This document shows, piece by piece, positions 18,769-27,151 of a DNA stretch of 32,000 nucleotides. Numbering within the stretch: the stretch's first letter is position 1; every line of letters begins with the position of its first letter. The stretch covers positions 5,580,001-5,612,000 of the forward strand of contig LT962688.1 of the NCBI GenBank assembly GCA_900234795.1, written 5' to 3'. Source of the DNA: Methylorubrum extorquens. GTDB lineage: Bacteria > Pseudomonadota > Alphaproteobacteria > Rhizobiales > Beijerinckiaceae. The position numbers and the translations under genes are program-made. Under the pieces are notes generated by a model. It ran no database searches. It was not told the origin of the DNA and saw nothing but the letters and a program-made list of their open reading frames with translations.

Positions 18769-21700
18769 TCAGCCGTGATGCGCGGCCGGGGCGGGTGCGT
18801 CCTCGGCCTCGTCGCGAGGGCCGACGAAGCGGCCGAGCCCGCGGCCGATCAAGCCGCCGAGGCTGTCCATCAGCAGGAACACGGCGGGGACGAAGACCAG
18901 CGAAAGCAGGGTCGAGACGATGAGTCCGGCGATCACCGCGACCGCCATCGGCGCGCGGAACTCGCCGCCGATGCCGAGCGCCATCGCCGAGGGGACCATG
19001 CCGGCAGCCATGGCGATGGTGGTCATCACGATCGGCCGTGCGCGCTTGCGGCCGGCATCGACGATGGCGGTGACCCGATCGACGCCGCGGGCCATCTCCT
19101 CGACGGCGAAATCCACGAGCATGATCGCGTTCTTCGTCACCAGACCCATCAGCATCAGCAGGCCGATGACGACCGGCATCGAGATCGGCATGTGGCAGAT
19201 CAGCAGCCCGAGGATCGCCCCGCCGATGGAGAGCGGGAGCGAGAACAGGATGGTGAGCGGCTGCAGGAACGAGCCGAACAGCAGCACCAGCACCGCGTAG
19301 ACCATCATGATGCCGGCGCCCATCGCCATGAGGAAGCCCGAGAAAACCTCCTGCATGATCTCGGCGTCGCCGGTCTGACGAATGGTCACGCCCGGCGGCA
19401 GGCTTTTCGCCGTCGGGGTGGCCAGCGCCTGCGCGATCAGTGAACCGAGCGCGTCCGAGCCCTCCATGTTAGCCTCGACCGCCACGCGCACCGCGCGGTC
19501 GTAGCGCTCGATCGCGCCGGGGCCCTGGTCGAGTTCGATGTCGGCCACGGCGGCGAGCGGCACCGCCGTGCCGTTCTTGGCCGGCACCTTCAGGTTCTCG
19601 AGCCGCGCGATCGCGCCGCGGGCGCTCTCGGGAAGCTGCACCCGGATCGGCACTTGGCGGTCCGCCGCGTTGAACTTGGCGAGGTTGATGCCGATGTCGC
19701 CGATGGTGCCGACCCGCACCGTTTCCGCGATCACGTCGGTCGCGACGCCGAGATCGGCCGCGGCGCCGGGCTTCGGGCGGATGCGCACCTCGGTGCGGTT
19801 GAGCGGCGCCGTAGACATCACCGAGACGAGGTGCGGGATCGCCGCCATGTCGCGCTGGAGCCGCGCGGCGACCTCCGTCACCACATCGACGTCGGGGCCG
19901 CTGACGACGAGGGCGAGGTCGCGCTGGCCGCTGTCGCGCAGGGTCCAGGAGCGGATGTCGGGCTCCTGCGCCAGAAGCCCGGCGATCTCGGACTCGATGG
20001 TCCATTGGCGCTTCACGCGCTCGCTCTTCGGGCTCAGGTTCACGATCAGCGTGGCGAGCCGCGTCTCCTTCTTGCCGCCGGCCTGACGACCGCCATCGAC
20101 GAAGACCGAGGTGACCTCGGGCAGGGCGCGGATGCGCTCGACCACGCGGTCGGCCACCGCGATGGTGTCGGGGAGCCGGGCGCCCGGCGCCAACTCGATC
20201 ATGAACAGGGTGCGGGCGTTGTCCTGCTTCGGGATGAAGCCTGACGGCAGGAGCTTGGTCGAGACGATCGAGCCAGCAAACAGCGCGAGCCCGACCATGA
20301 GGGTAATCCACTTGTGGCGCACCGACCAGCCGACGAGGCGGGTATAGGCGCGCATCACCGGGCCTTCGCGCTCCTCGGCATGGCCGTGATCGCGCAGGAA
20401 GTAGGCGGCGAGCAGCGGCGTGATCAGGCGTGCCACCAGCAGCGACATGAACACCGAGACGGCGATGGTCAGGCCGAACTGGATGAAGTAGCGCCCGGCG
20501 ATGCCGCCCATGAACGAGACGGGGGCGAAGACCGCGATCAGCGTCGCGGTGATGGCGATGACGGCGAGCCCGATCTCGTCAGCGCCCTCGATCGAGGCGC
20601 GGTAGGGCGATTTGCCCATCCGCATGTGGCGCACGACGTTCTCGATCTCGACGATGGCGTCGTCCACGAGGATGCCGGTGACCAGCGTGATCGCGAGCAG
20701 GCTGATGCCGTTCAGGGTGAAGCCTAGCGCGTCCATCGCCCAGAAGGTCGGCAAGACCGAGAGCGGCAGGGCGACCGCCGCGATCAGGGTGGCGCGCCAA
20801 TCGCGCAGGAACAGGAACACCACGATGACGGCAAGCGCCGCGCCCTCCATCAGGGTATGCATCGCCGAGGCGTAGCTGCCCCGCGTCGCCGCGACCGAGG
20901 AGTCGATCTCCTGGAACTGGATGTCGGGGTAGCCCTGGGCGAACTCCGCGATCTTCTTCTCGACGCCCGCCGCAACCTCGGCGTCGCTCGCGCCCGAGCC
21001 ACGGGAGACCGAGAAAGCGACGACGGATTCGCCGTTGAAGCGGGCGAAGGTGCGCGGCTCCTCGATCGAATCCTCGACCGTGGCGAGGTCGTCGAGGCGG
21101 ACCTTCCGCCCGCCCGGCAGGACGATGGAGGTCGCCTTCAGGTCGCGGATCGTGCGCGAGGCGGCCAATGTCCGGATCGACTGCTCGCGTCCGCCGACTT
21201 CGCCGCGCCCGCCGGCCAGGTCGGCGGAGGTGACGCGGACCTGCTTGTTGACGTCCGCCGCGGTGATGCCGAGCGCCAGCAGCCGGTCGGGTAGGGGCGT
21301 GATGCGGATCTCGCGGGCCACGCCGCCGACACGCTCGACCCCGCCGACGCCCTTCACGCCCTGCAGCGTGCGGGCAACCTTATCCTCGACGAACCACGAC
21401 AGGTCGGCCGGCGTCATCGCGGGCGATGTAACGCCGTAGATGAGAATCGGCAGGCCGGTGATTTCGACGCGCTGGATCACCGGCTCATCGATGGTGCGGG
21501 GCAGGTTGATGCGGATTTTCGAGACCGCATCCTTCACGTCGTTGACGGCGCGGTCGGTGTTCACCTCCAGCCGAAACTCGACCGTGGTGACGGAAGCCCC
21601 TTCCGTGATCGCCGATGTGATGTGCTTGACGCCGCGCACGCCCGCGATCGAATCCTCGACCCATTTCGTCACCTGGGTCTGCAACTCGGACGGGGCGGCG

Positions 21701-21864
21701 CCGCCCTGTGTGATCGTCACCGAGACGATCGGCACGTCCACGTTCGGCATGCGGGTGACCGCGAGCCCCCGGAAGCTGACGAGGCCAAGCACCACCAGCA
21801 CGAGGAACAGGACGAGGGGCGCGATCGGATTGCGGATCGCCCAGGCGGAGATGTTCAGGCGCAT
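18769..21864 (-). CDS. RND efflux transporter, inner-membrane permease subunit (AcrB/HAE1-like)
   Basis: ORF 18769..21864 (1031 aa) starts MRLNISAWAIRNPIAPLVLFLVL... It has the 12-TM plus two large periplasmic loops layout typical of the AcrB family. Confidence 0.95.
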   Translation of the reverse strand: MRLNISAWAIRNPIAPLVLFLVLVVLGLVSFRGLAVTRMPNVDVPIVSVTITQGGAAPSELQTQVTKWVEDSIAGVRGVKHITSAITEGASVTTVEFRLEVNTDRAVNDVKDAVSKIRINLPRTIDEPVIQRVEITGLPILIYGVTSPAMTPADLSWFVEDKVARTLQGVKGVGGVERVGGVAREIRITPLPDRLLALGITAADVNKQVRVTSADLAGGRGEVGGREQSIRTLAASRTIRDLKATSIVLPGGRKVRLDDLATVEDSIEEPRTFARFNGESVVAFSVSRGSGASDAEVAAGVEKKIAEFAQGYPDIQFQEIDSSVAATRGSYASAMHTLMEGAALAVIVVFLFLRDWRATLIAAVALPLSVLPTFWAMDALGFTLNGISLLAITLVTGILVDDAIVEIENVVRHMRMGKSPYRASIEGADEIGLAVIAITATLIAVFAPVSFMGGIAGRYFIQFGLTIAVSVFMSLLVARLITPLLAAYFLRDHGHAEEREGPVMRAYTRLVGWSVRHKWITLMVGLALFAGSIVSTKLLPSGFIPKQDNARTLFMIELAPGARLPDTIAVADRVVERIRALPEVTSVFVDGGRQAGGKKETRLATLIVNLSPKSERVKRQWTIESEIAGLLAQEPDIRSWTLRDSGQRDLALVVSGPDVDVVTEVAARLQRDMAAIPHLVSVMSTAPLNRTEVRIRPKPGAAADLGVATDVIAETVRVGTIGDIGINLAKFNAADRQVPIRVQLPESARGAIARLENLKVPAKNGTAVPLAAVADIELDQGPGAIERYDRAVRVAVEANMEGSDALGSLIAQALATPTAKSLPPGVTIRQTGDAEIMQEVFSGFLMAMGAGIMMVYAVLVLLFGSFLQPLTILFSLPLSIGGAILGLLICHMPISMPVVIGLLMLMGLVTKNAIMLVDFAVEEMARGVDRVTAIVDAGRKRARPIVMTTIAMAAGMVPSAMALGIGGEFRAPMAVAVIAGLIVSTLLSLVFVPAVFLLMDSLGGLIGRGLGRFVGPRDEAEDAPAPAAHHG

Positions 21865-21912
21865 CGGGGCAAACCGTCAGAAGGAATGTCGAGGGGCCGA
21901 AGCGAAGCCGCC

Positions 21913-23155
21913 TCAGCGCGAGCCGGCGTCGGCGGTGGCCTGCGGCGAGGGGGCGGCGGAGACCGCGGCCGGTGTCTGCCCCTGCCGCGCGAGCGAAACT
22001 GGGCGAACGCGGTCGCCGTCGCGCAGGAAGCTACCGGCGCGGGCCACGACCCGCTCGCCTTCCGCGAGGCCGGAGCGGATCTCGATGTCGTCGTCGTCGG
22101 ACAGGCCGGTGCGGACCTCGCGGGACTCGACCTTGTCCTCCGCGACGACGAGCACGGAGCTTCGTTTTCCGCCGCCGTAGAGGACAGAGGCCTGGGGCAC
22201 CGTGACGCCGCGGGTGCGGGCGAGTTCGACGGCGCCGCGGGCGAAGGTGCCGATGCGCAGGCGCGGATCGGGATCGAGGCGGACGCGGACCTTGCCGAGC
22301 CGGCTCGCCTTATCGACCTCTGGGTAGACCGCGCGGACGCTGCCCGTGACGCGCTCGCCCTCGCCGATCTCGATGAAGGCGGGAGCGCCCTCGCGCAGCA
22401 GCGGCAGCTTGGTCTCGATGACCTCCGCTTCCAGCTCGATCTCGCCGCGGGCGATCAGCCGGAACAGCGGCTCGGCCGAGGCGGACGTCGCCATGCCGAC
22501 CCGCGCCGTGCGGCGGCTGACGATACCGGCTTCCGGCGCGCGGATCTCGGTGCGGGCGAGGCGCAGTTCGAGTTCGTCGCGCACGGCCTTGGCCTGCGCC
22601 AACTCGGCCTTGGCCATCGCCAGCCCGTTGCGGGCGAAGGCGAGCTTGCCCTCCGACTGCCGCAGGGCGGCGGTGCGGTTCTCCATCACGGCCGCGGTGG
22701 TGATGCCGGTCTGGATCAGTTGCTTGGCGCGATCATGGGCCAGCCGCGCTTCGAGTTCGGCGGCCTCCGCCTGTTCGATGTTGCTCTGCGCCTGGAGAAC
22801 GGCGGCGCTCACTTTATCGATCAGCGCATTCTGCTGGCTGAGCTGACGGTCGATCAGGTCGCGGTTGAGACGGGCGAGCACCTGCCCCTTCTCAACGCGC
22901 ATGCCCTCCTCGGTCAGAAGCTCGACGAGACGGTAGCCGTCGATCTCGGGCGTCACGAGAATCTCGTCGCGCGGCACCAGGGTGCCGGTCACGACCACGC
23001 TCTCGACGATCTCGCGCCGCTCGGCCTCGACCACGCTGACGGTGGCCGCCGGGGCAGTCTTCGCCGGGGGGCGGGGCGGTCTCGGCCCATGCGGGACCGA
23101 AGCTCAGGGCAGTGAGCACCAGGGCCGGAACGGCCAGGGTCCGAGCGCGGATCAT
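21913..23155 (-). CDS. RND efflux periplasmic adaptor (membrane fusion protein), N-terminus shifted by one base as sequenced
   Basis: ORF 21913..23034 holds the HlyD/MFP core (VVVTGTLVPRDEILVTPEIDGY...coiled coil...). The signal peptide MIRARTLAVPALVLTALSFGPAWA (ATG 23155, AAGGAAG Shine-Dalgarno) is in another frame. Removing one G of the G6 run 23066-23071 joins them (..AETAPPPAKTAPAATVSVVEAERREIV..). Length 1243 nt = 3n+1. Confidence 0.85.
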
Positions 23156-23788
23156 CGGCCGGCTTCCTTGTCGGCAGGGGCGAGGGGCCAGCGCGCCCGA
23201 AAGACCCGCCTCGATCAGCGACTGGAGCTGAGCGACGGCGGGACGGGCGTCGTAGCCGGGAATGAGCGCCCGGCTGACGATCATGCCCTTCATCAGTGGC
23301 GCGATTGCGTCGAACAGGGCGGCGGGATCGCAGTCCGGCGAGGTCTTGAGCGCGTCGAACATTTCGGTCAGCCAGACCCGGCCTTCCTCGTCGCCGCGCT
23401 CGACAAGGTCGGCGATGGCGGGGTTGCGGGTGGCTTCCACCCATAGATCGAGACGCAGCACCGCGGCCTCGCGGCTGATTTCGAGAAAGAAGCGGGCGAG
23501 CACGCCCATCAGCACGGCACGCTTGTCGCCGGCTCGCTCCATCGCCTCGACGAGGACGGCACCGCGTTCGCGGTCGCGCTCGGCCAGCCCGAGGACGACG
23601 GCCTCCTTGGAATCGAAGTAGCGGTAGATGTTGCCCGGGCTCATCGAAGCCTCGCGGGCGAGATCCTGCATCGTGGTGCGGTGGAAACCGTTGCGGACGA
23701 AGCAGGATTCGGCCGCGTCGAGGATGTGCTCGCGCCGGGCCGCCTGTCCGCTCCGGGCGTCGATGACGGCGCCGGCCGCTGCACTCAT
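23152..23788 (-). CDS. TetR/AcrR-family transcriptional regulator (C-terminal end uncertain)
   Basis: ATG 23788 within ORF 22892..23944 gives the HTH region ILDAAESCFVRNGFHRTTMQDLAREASMSPGNIYRYFDSKEAVV. As sequenced the frame has no stop before the adaptor gene. A one-base correction in a G4 run (23177-23180 or 23184-23187) gives a stop TGA overlapping the adaptor ATG (ATGA). Confidence 0.8.
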
Positions 23789-24099
23789 GATGTGGTTCCT
23801 ACGGTGTCCGTCGCGGCGGTGCGGCCCGGCTCGCTGAGGAGCTGCACGGCGGCGCAGGAGCGCGGCTGAAGGTCGAGATCGGCGCAAAGGCGGGCCTGCC
23901 AGCCATCGGGCCCGGCGCCGGTCCAGCCGAGCAGCGCGAACCAACCGAACGCCACGACGGCGCAGACGAGCAGGTTCGCGGGCGTGCAGACCGCCTTGAA
24001 CAACCGCGCCGGGCTGAAGCCCTCCTGCGCGGTGGCGAGATCGGCACCGAGACCGACGGCGTGAGGGAAGGACGCCCGATCACCGACAATCATGCTCAT
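23785..24099 (-). CDS. Small hypothetical membrane protein (104 aa, one predicted TM helix, four Cys)
   Basis: ORF 23785..24099 has a GGAG Shine-Dalgarno 7 nt before ATG 24099 and G/C-rich third positions. It has a hydrophobic helix LLVCAVVAFGWFALLGW. Its stop overlaps the tetR ATG (ATGA). Confidence 0.6.
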   Translation of the reverse strand: MSMIVGDRASFPHAVGLGADLATAQEGFSPARLFKAVCTPANLLVCAVVAFGWFALLGWTGAGPDGWQARLCADLDLQPRSCAAVQLLSEPGRTAATDTVGTTS

Positions 24100-24125
24100 G
24101 GCCCAACTCCGACGCTGCCTCGATC

Positions 24126-24170
24126 GTGATAGTGAACGTTCATTCTCATGTCAATGAACGTTCATTCTCA
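24126..24170 (-). promoter_or_regulatory. Sigma70-type promoter (TTGACA-N17-TATCAC) overlaid by two palindromic operator repeats, likely TetR sites
   Basis: The minus strand reads TGAGAATGAACGTTCA-TTGACA-TGAGAATGAACGTTCA-C-TATCAC. The 16-nt direct repeat lies at 24133-24148 and 24155-24170 (22-bp period), and each copy holds the palindrome TGAACGTTCA. The -35 is at 24149-24154 and the -10 at 24126-24131, 26 nt before ATG 24099. Confidence 0.6.
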
Positions 24171-24417
24171 GTGTCGGGCCGACCGTGCATCGCTCACCAA
24201 GTGAGGCGCCGGCGCCACGCCGAGGGATCGTTATCGTCGCGTTAACGAACCGGTTACCACGCAGGAATAGCGCAGCAGGCAAGACCGCTGCGGCTCTTGG
24301 CGCGGTCGGCACTGCTTTTGCGGCGGACCGCAAGGATCGCGAAGGAAGAGCAAGAACGATCTTCAGTAAATCGCCCGTCACGAGCCAATTACGAACGCGT
24401 CGTTCGAGACCCTAATC

Positions 24418-25011
24418 ATGTCCCCCGCAGATCTCGCTCCCCTCGCGTGGAATGCCGCGCGTGAACACCTCGACCTGTTTGGAGGCCTGGGGCTCTGCCT
24501 GGGCTTTGCCGGCGGAATGATGCCGCGGCGAAGTTTGATCCTCTTCACCTCGGCGGCCTGCTCAGCCTGCTTTGCGCTGCACTTCCTGCGGCTCGGCGCG
24601 CAGACCGGCACGGCGATGTGCCTCGTCTCGGTGATGCAGAGCGTGGTGGCGGCGCGCTGGATCGGTCCTGAGTCGCGCGCAGCCTGGGTCGCCCCGTTGT
24701 TCCTGGCAAGCAGCCTCGTCGCGCTCGGTCTCACCCTCGCGACCTGGAACGGATGGCCCTCGGCCTGCGCCGGGCTGGGATCGCTGCTGGCGACGACGGC
24801 ACGGCTTCAGGGGAATTCCCAGGCGATGCGCCGCTTCTTCCTCGGCGCGTCGTCGTGCTGGGCGCTTCACAACATGCTGGTCGGCTCGGTTTTCGGCCTG
24901 ACCTGCGATCTGCTCACGCTCACGGCGCTGGTGATCGCACTGGTGCGCGGCGGAGCGGAGAAGCCGTCATCCGTCGCCAACCCAGTGGCACCGCTGCAGG
25001 GCGCGGCATAA
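24418..25011 (+). CDS. YgjV-family inner membrane protein
   Basis: ORF 24418..25011 is a polytopic membrane protein. Motifs LHFLRLG..TG and SSCWALHNMLVGSVFG parallel the VHFFLLG and CCWVIHNFWAGSIGG motifs of E. coli YgjV as I recall them. Confidence 0.7.
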   Translation: MSPADLAPLAWNAAREHLDLFGGLGLCLGFAGGMMPRRSLILFTSAACSACFALHFLRLGAQTGTAMCLVSVMQSVVAARWIGPESRAAWVAPLFLASSLVALGLTLATWNGWPSACAGLGSLLATTARLQGNSQAMRRFFLGASSCWALHNMLVGSVFGLTCDLLTLTALVIALVRGGAEKPSSVANPVAPLQGAA

Positions 25012-25016
25012 CCGGA

Positions 25017-25050
25017 CGGAGGAGCCTGACGGCTCCTCCGCTGCTATTTT
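25017..25050 (+). terminator. Stem-loop terminator candidate after the ygjV-like gene
   Basis: A 10-bp stem, CGGAGGAGCC (25017-25026) / GGCTCCTCCG (25031-25040), has loop TGAC and is followed by CTGCTATTTT. Confidence 0.45.
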
Positions 25051-25666
25051 ACTGCTGGAAGAACTTCAGATCGAGCGCCGCGAGCGCGAGCAGGGGCGGC
25101 GGCATGACAACGCCGGCCACCCGCATGGAGCGAGCGGCCTCGCGGCAGGCGGCGAGGTCGTTGGCGCCGGCCGCTGCCTCGATCTTCTCGATGGTCGCCA
25201 CGTCGGGCTTCGGCGCCGGAGCGGGCGGGGCCGGGGGCGGCGGATTCTTGGCCAGGGCATTCGCCTTGGCGTTCGGGTTGTCCGCCGGGTTGCCGGCCGC
25301 GGCCTCAGGCTTGGAATTGTTGGTTGCGGCGCCGGGCGCGGGTCCGTTGCCGGTCTCGCTGACAGCGCCGCTGAGACCCGACGTCTTCTGGGGCTCGCCG
25401 CCATCCGCCGGCTTGCCGCCCTCGGTCTTGCCGGAGGGATTCGAGACGGCGGTGGCCTGCTGCTGCGGCGTCGCCGCGGCCTTGTTGGCCGGCTCCGGCT
25501 GCTTCACGAACGCCACCAGTTCCTGGCAGAGATTGGCCGGCTTGCCGGAAGTCTGCAGCGTGGCCGGCGCGCTCGGGCTCGCATCCTGAGCCAGGGCGGT
25601 GCCGGCGAGAAGGGCACAGGCCGCAAGGCCGCCGGCGAGGTGCCGGATGATCGGCGAAGGCTTCAT
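25049..25666 (-). CDS. Secreted hypothetical protein with a long low-complexity Pro/Ala/Gly/Asn-rich centre
   Basis: ORF 25049..25675. ATG 25666 has a GGAG Shine-Dalgarno 8 nt upstream. The signal peptide is MKPSPIIRHLAGGLAACALLAGTALA. Structured N- and C-terminal ends each carry one Cys. Confidence 0.65.
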   Translation of the reverse strand: MKPSPIIRHLAGGLAACALLAGTALAQDASPSAPATLQTSGKPANLCQELVAFVKQPEPANKAAATPQQQATAVSNPSGKTEGGKPADGGEPQKTSGLSGAVSETGNGPAPGAATNNSKPEAAAGNPADNPNAKANALAKNPPPPAPPAPAPKPDVATIEKIEAAAGANDLAACREAARSMRVAGVVMPPPLLALAALDLKFFQQ

Positions 25667-25710
25667 CGGGCTCACTCCCTCGTCTTCGTTTTCAGGTTTC
25701 TTGAATTCGT

Positions 25711-25950
25711 TCAGGAGCGCTTCGGGTGCGACGCTTCACCCTCGGCCTTGCCGTGGGGTTCGCCGTTGTACTCGTCCGGCTTCGGATCGCCGTTCCAGCG
25801 GGGACCGACGAGATTGGTGCCGGGCTCCGACACCCGCGCCCCGGAGGTCGCGAACGCCTGGTAGGCAAACTTCTGATTGCTCGTAAGCGCGAACATCGCC
25901 AGCACCCCGAGGGCGATGGCGGCGATCACGGCGGCGAGGAAGGCTTTCAT
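25711..25950 (-). CDS. Small hypothetical membrane-anchored protein (79 aa)
   Basis: ORF 25711..25950 has an AAGGAAG Shine-Dalgarno 8 nt before the ATG. It has an N-terminal TM helix (MKAFLAAVIAAIALGVLAMFAL) and a polar tail. Confidence 0.6.
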   Translation of the reverse strand: MKAFLAAVIAAIALGVLAMFALTSNQKFAYQAFATSGARVSEPGTNLVGPRWNGDPKPDEYNGEPHGKAEGEASHPKRS

Positions 25951-26045
25951 GGTCGTGTCTTCCTTGGAGGCCTGGAGCCTCGGTCAGCGCAGGTGGTCTT
26001 GCCCTTGGCTGGAGACCGGCCTGCGCCGCCGGTCTCCCGCTCTCA

Positions 26046-27083
26046 TCACTCCGCAGGGGCGGGATGGCCCTTGAGCTGCGGGCCGCTGGCGGTGCGCGCC
26101 TGCTCCTGCTCGACCCAGAGGTCGTGGTGCGCGCGCGCCCAGGCGAGATCGACCTTGCCGCTGCCCATGGCGTCGTAGGCGCCCTCCATGCCCAGCGTGC
26201 CGATGTAGATGTGGGCGAGGATGCCGGCGATGAAGATGATGCCGATCACCGAGTGGATCACCTGCATCACCTGCATCCCGTTGATGTCGGTGAGCGCGAA
26301 CGGGAACAGCATCATCAGGCCGGTAACGCCCATGGCCGCGCCGAATCCGGCGACCATCCAGAACACACCCTTCTGGCCGGCATTGAAGCGGGCGGCGTGG
26401 GGGTGACCCTTACCGATGAAGCCGCCGCCAGCCTTGATCCAGGCCCAGTCAACCTTGTTCGGGATGTTGTCTCGGATCCAGAGGACGAACATGAAGGCCA
26501 CGCCGAGCATGAACGGCCATGCGAGGTAGACGTGGCTGTACTTCGCCCATTGCGCGATCGCGCCGAACGCCTCCGGGCCGATCAGCGGCATCAGCAGCCG
26601 CTTGCCGAAGATGTAGTTCAGGCCCGACAGCGACAGAATGATGAAGCACACCGCCGTCATCCAGTGCGTGAAGCGCTCGAAGGCGTTGAAGCGCAGGATC
26701 TTCTTTCCCGATTCCTGGCTGTGCTCCATCATGATCCGGCCGCGGAACAGGAAGAACGCACCGAGCGCGGCGAGCATGCCGAGGATGGTCAGCGCGCCGA
26801 TCCACGGCAGCCAACGCTCGCGGAAGTTCTGATACTCGCGGCCCTGCGGCTGGATCAGGTTGGCTGACTTGCCGTCGGGGATCGAGACCCGACCGCGGAT
26901 CTTGGATTCCTGCTTGAACAGGAACTCCTCGTTCACCGAATCCGCGGTGGGCCGAGCGCCCATCGGGTTCTGGCCATCGGCCTGGATCGGGTTCTGCGCC
27001 TGCGCCGGGCTGAGGGCGCCGGGCACCGCGAGGAGCATCACCGCCAGGAGGAGGGTGCTGAGGAAGGTCGTTGCCCGCCGCAT
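26046..27083 (-). CDS. fdnI: Formate dehydrogenase gamma subunit (cytochrome b, FdnI family) with N-terminal exported extension
   Basis: ATG 27083 (AAGGAA Shine-Dalgarno) within ORF 26046..27395 gives the signal-like MRRATTFLSTLLLAVMLLAVPGALSPAQA. Then comes a 4-TM cytochrome b core (RFNAFERFTHWMTAVCFI..., HSVIGIIFIAGILAHIY) carrying the heme-ligand histidines. Confidence 0.9.
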   Translation of the reverse strand: MRRATTFLSTLLLAVMLLAVPGALSPAQAQNPIQADGQNPMGARPTADSVNEEFLFKQESKIRGRVSIPDGKSANLIQPQGREYQNFRERWLPWIGALTILGMLAALGAFFLFRGRIMMEHSQESGKKILRFNAFERFTHWMTAVCFIILSLSGLNYIFGKRLLMPLIGPEAFGAIAQWAKYSHVYLAWPFMLGVAFMFVLWIRDNIPNKVDWAWIKAGGGFIGKGHPHAARFNAGQKGVFWMVAGFGAAMGVTGLMMLFPFALTDINGMQVMQVIHSVIGIIFIAGILAHIYIGTLGMEGAYDAMGSGKVDLAWARAHHDLWVEQEQARTASGPQLKGHPAPAE

Positions 27084-27151
27084 CGGCGTTCCTTTCGAAG
27101 TCTCGTCACAGCTCGCGGGCGCGGGCCGCAAAGCCCGCGCTCGACACCGGA

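Noticed and set aside
24133-24170. A 22-bp-period direct repeat, considered as a possible mini CRISPR or tandem array.
   Set aside because: There are only two copies, with no spacers of CRISPR size and no cas genes. The internal palindromes and promoter overlap fit an operator instead.
24151-24415. ORFs 24151..24381 (-) and 24185..24415 (+) in the divergent intergenic region.
   Set aside because: They have no Shine-Dalgarno, they overlap the operator/promoter, and their composition is atypical. They are most likely non-coding. A small palindrome CGAACG-CGT-CGTTCG at 24395-24409 before ygjV was noted but is too short to interpret.
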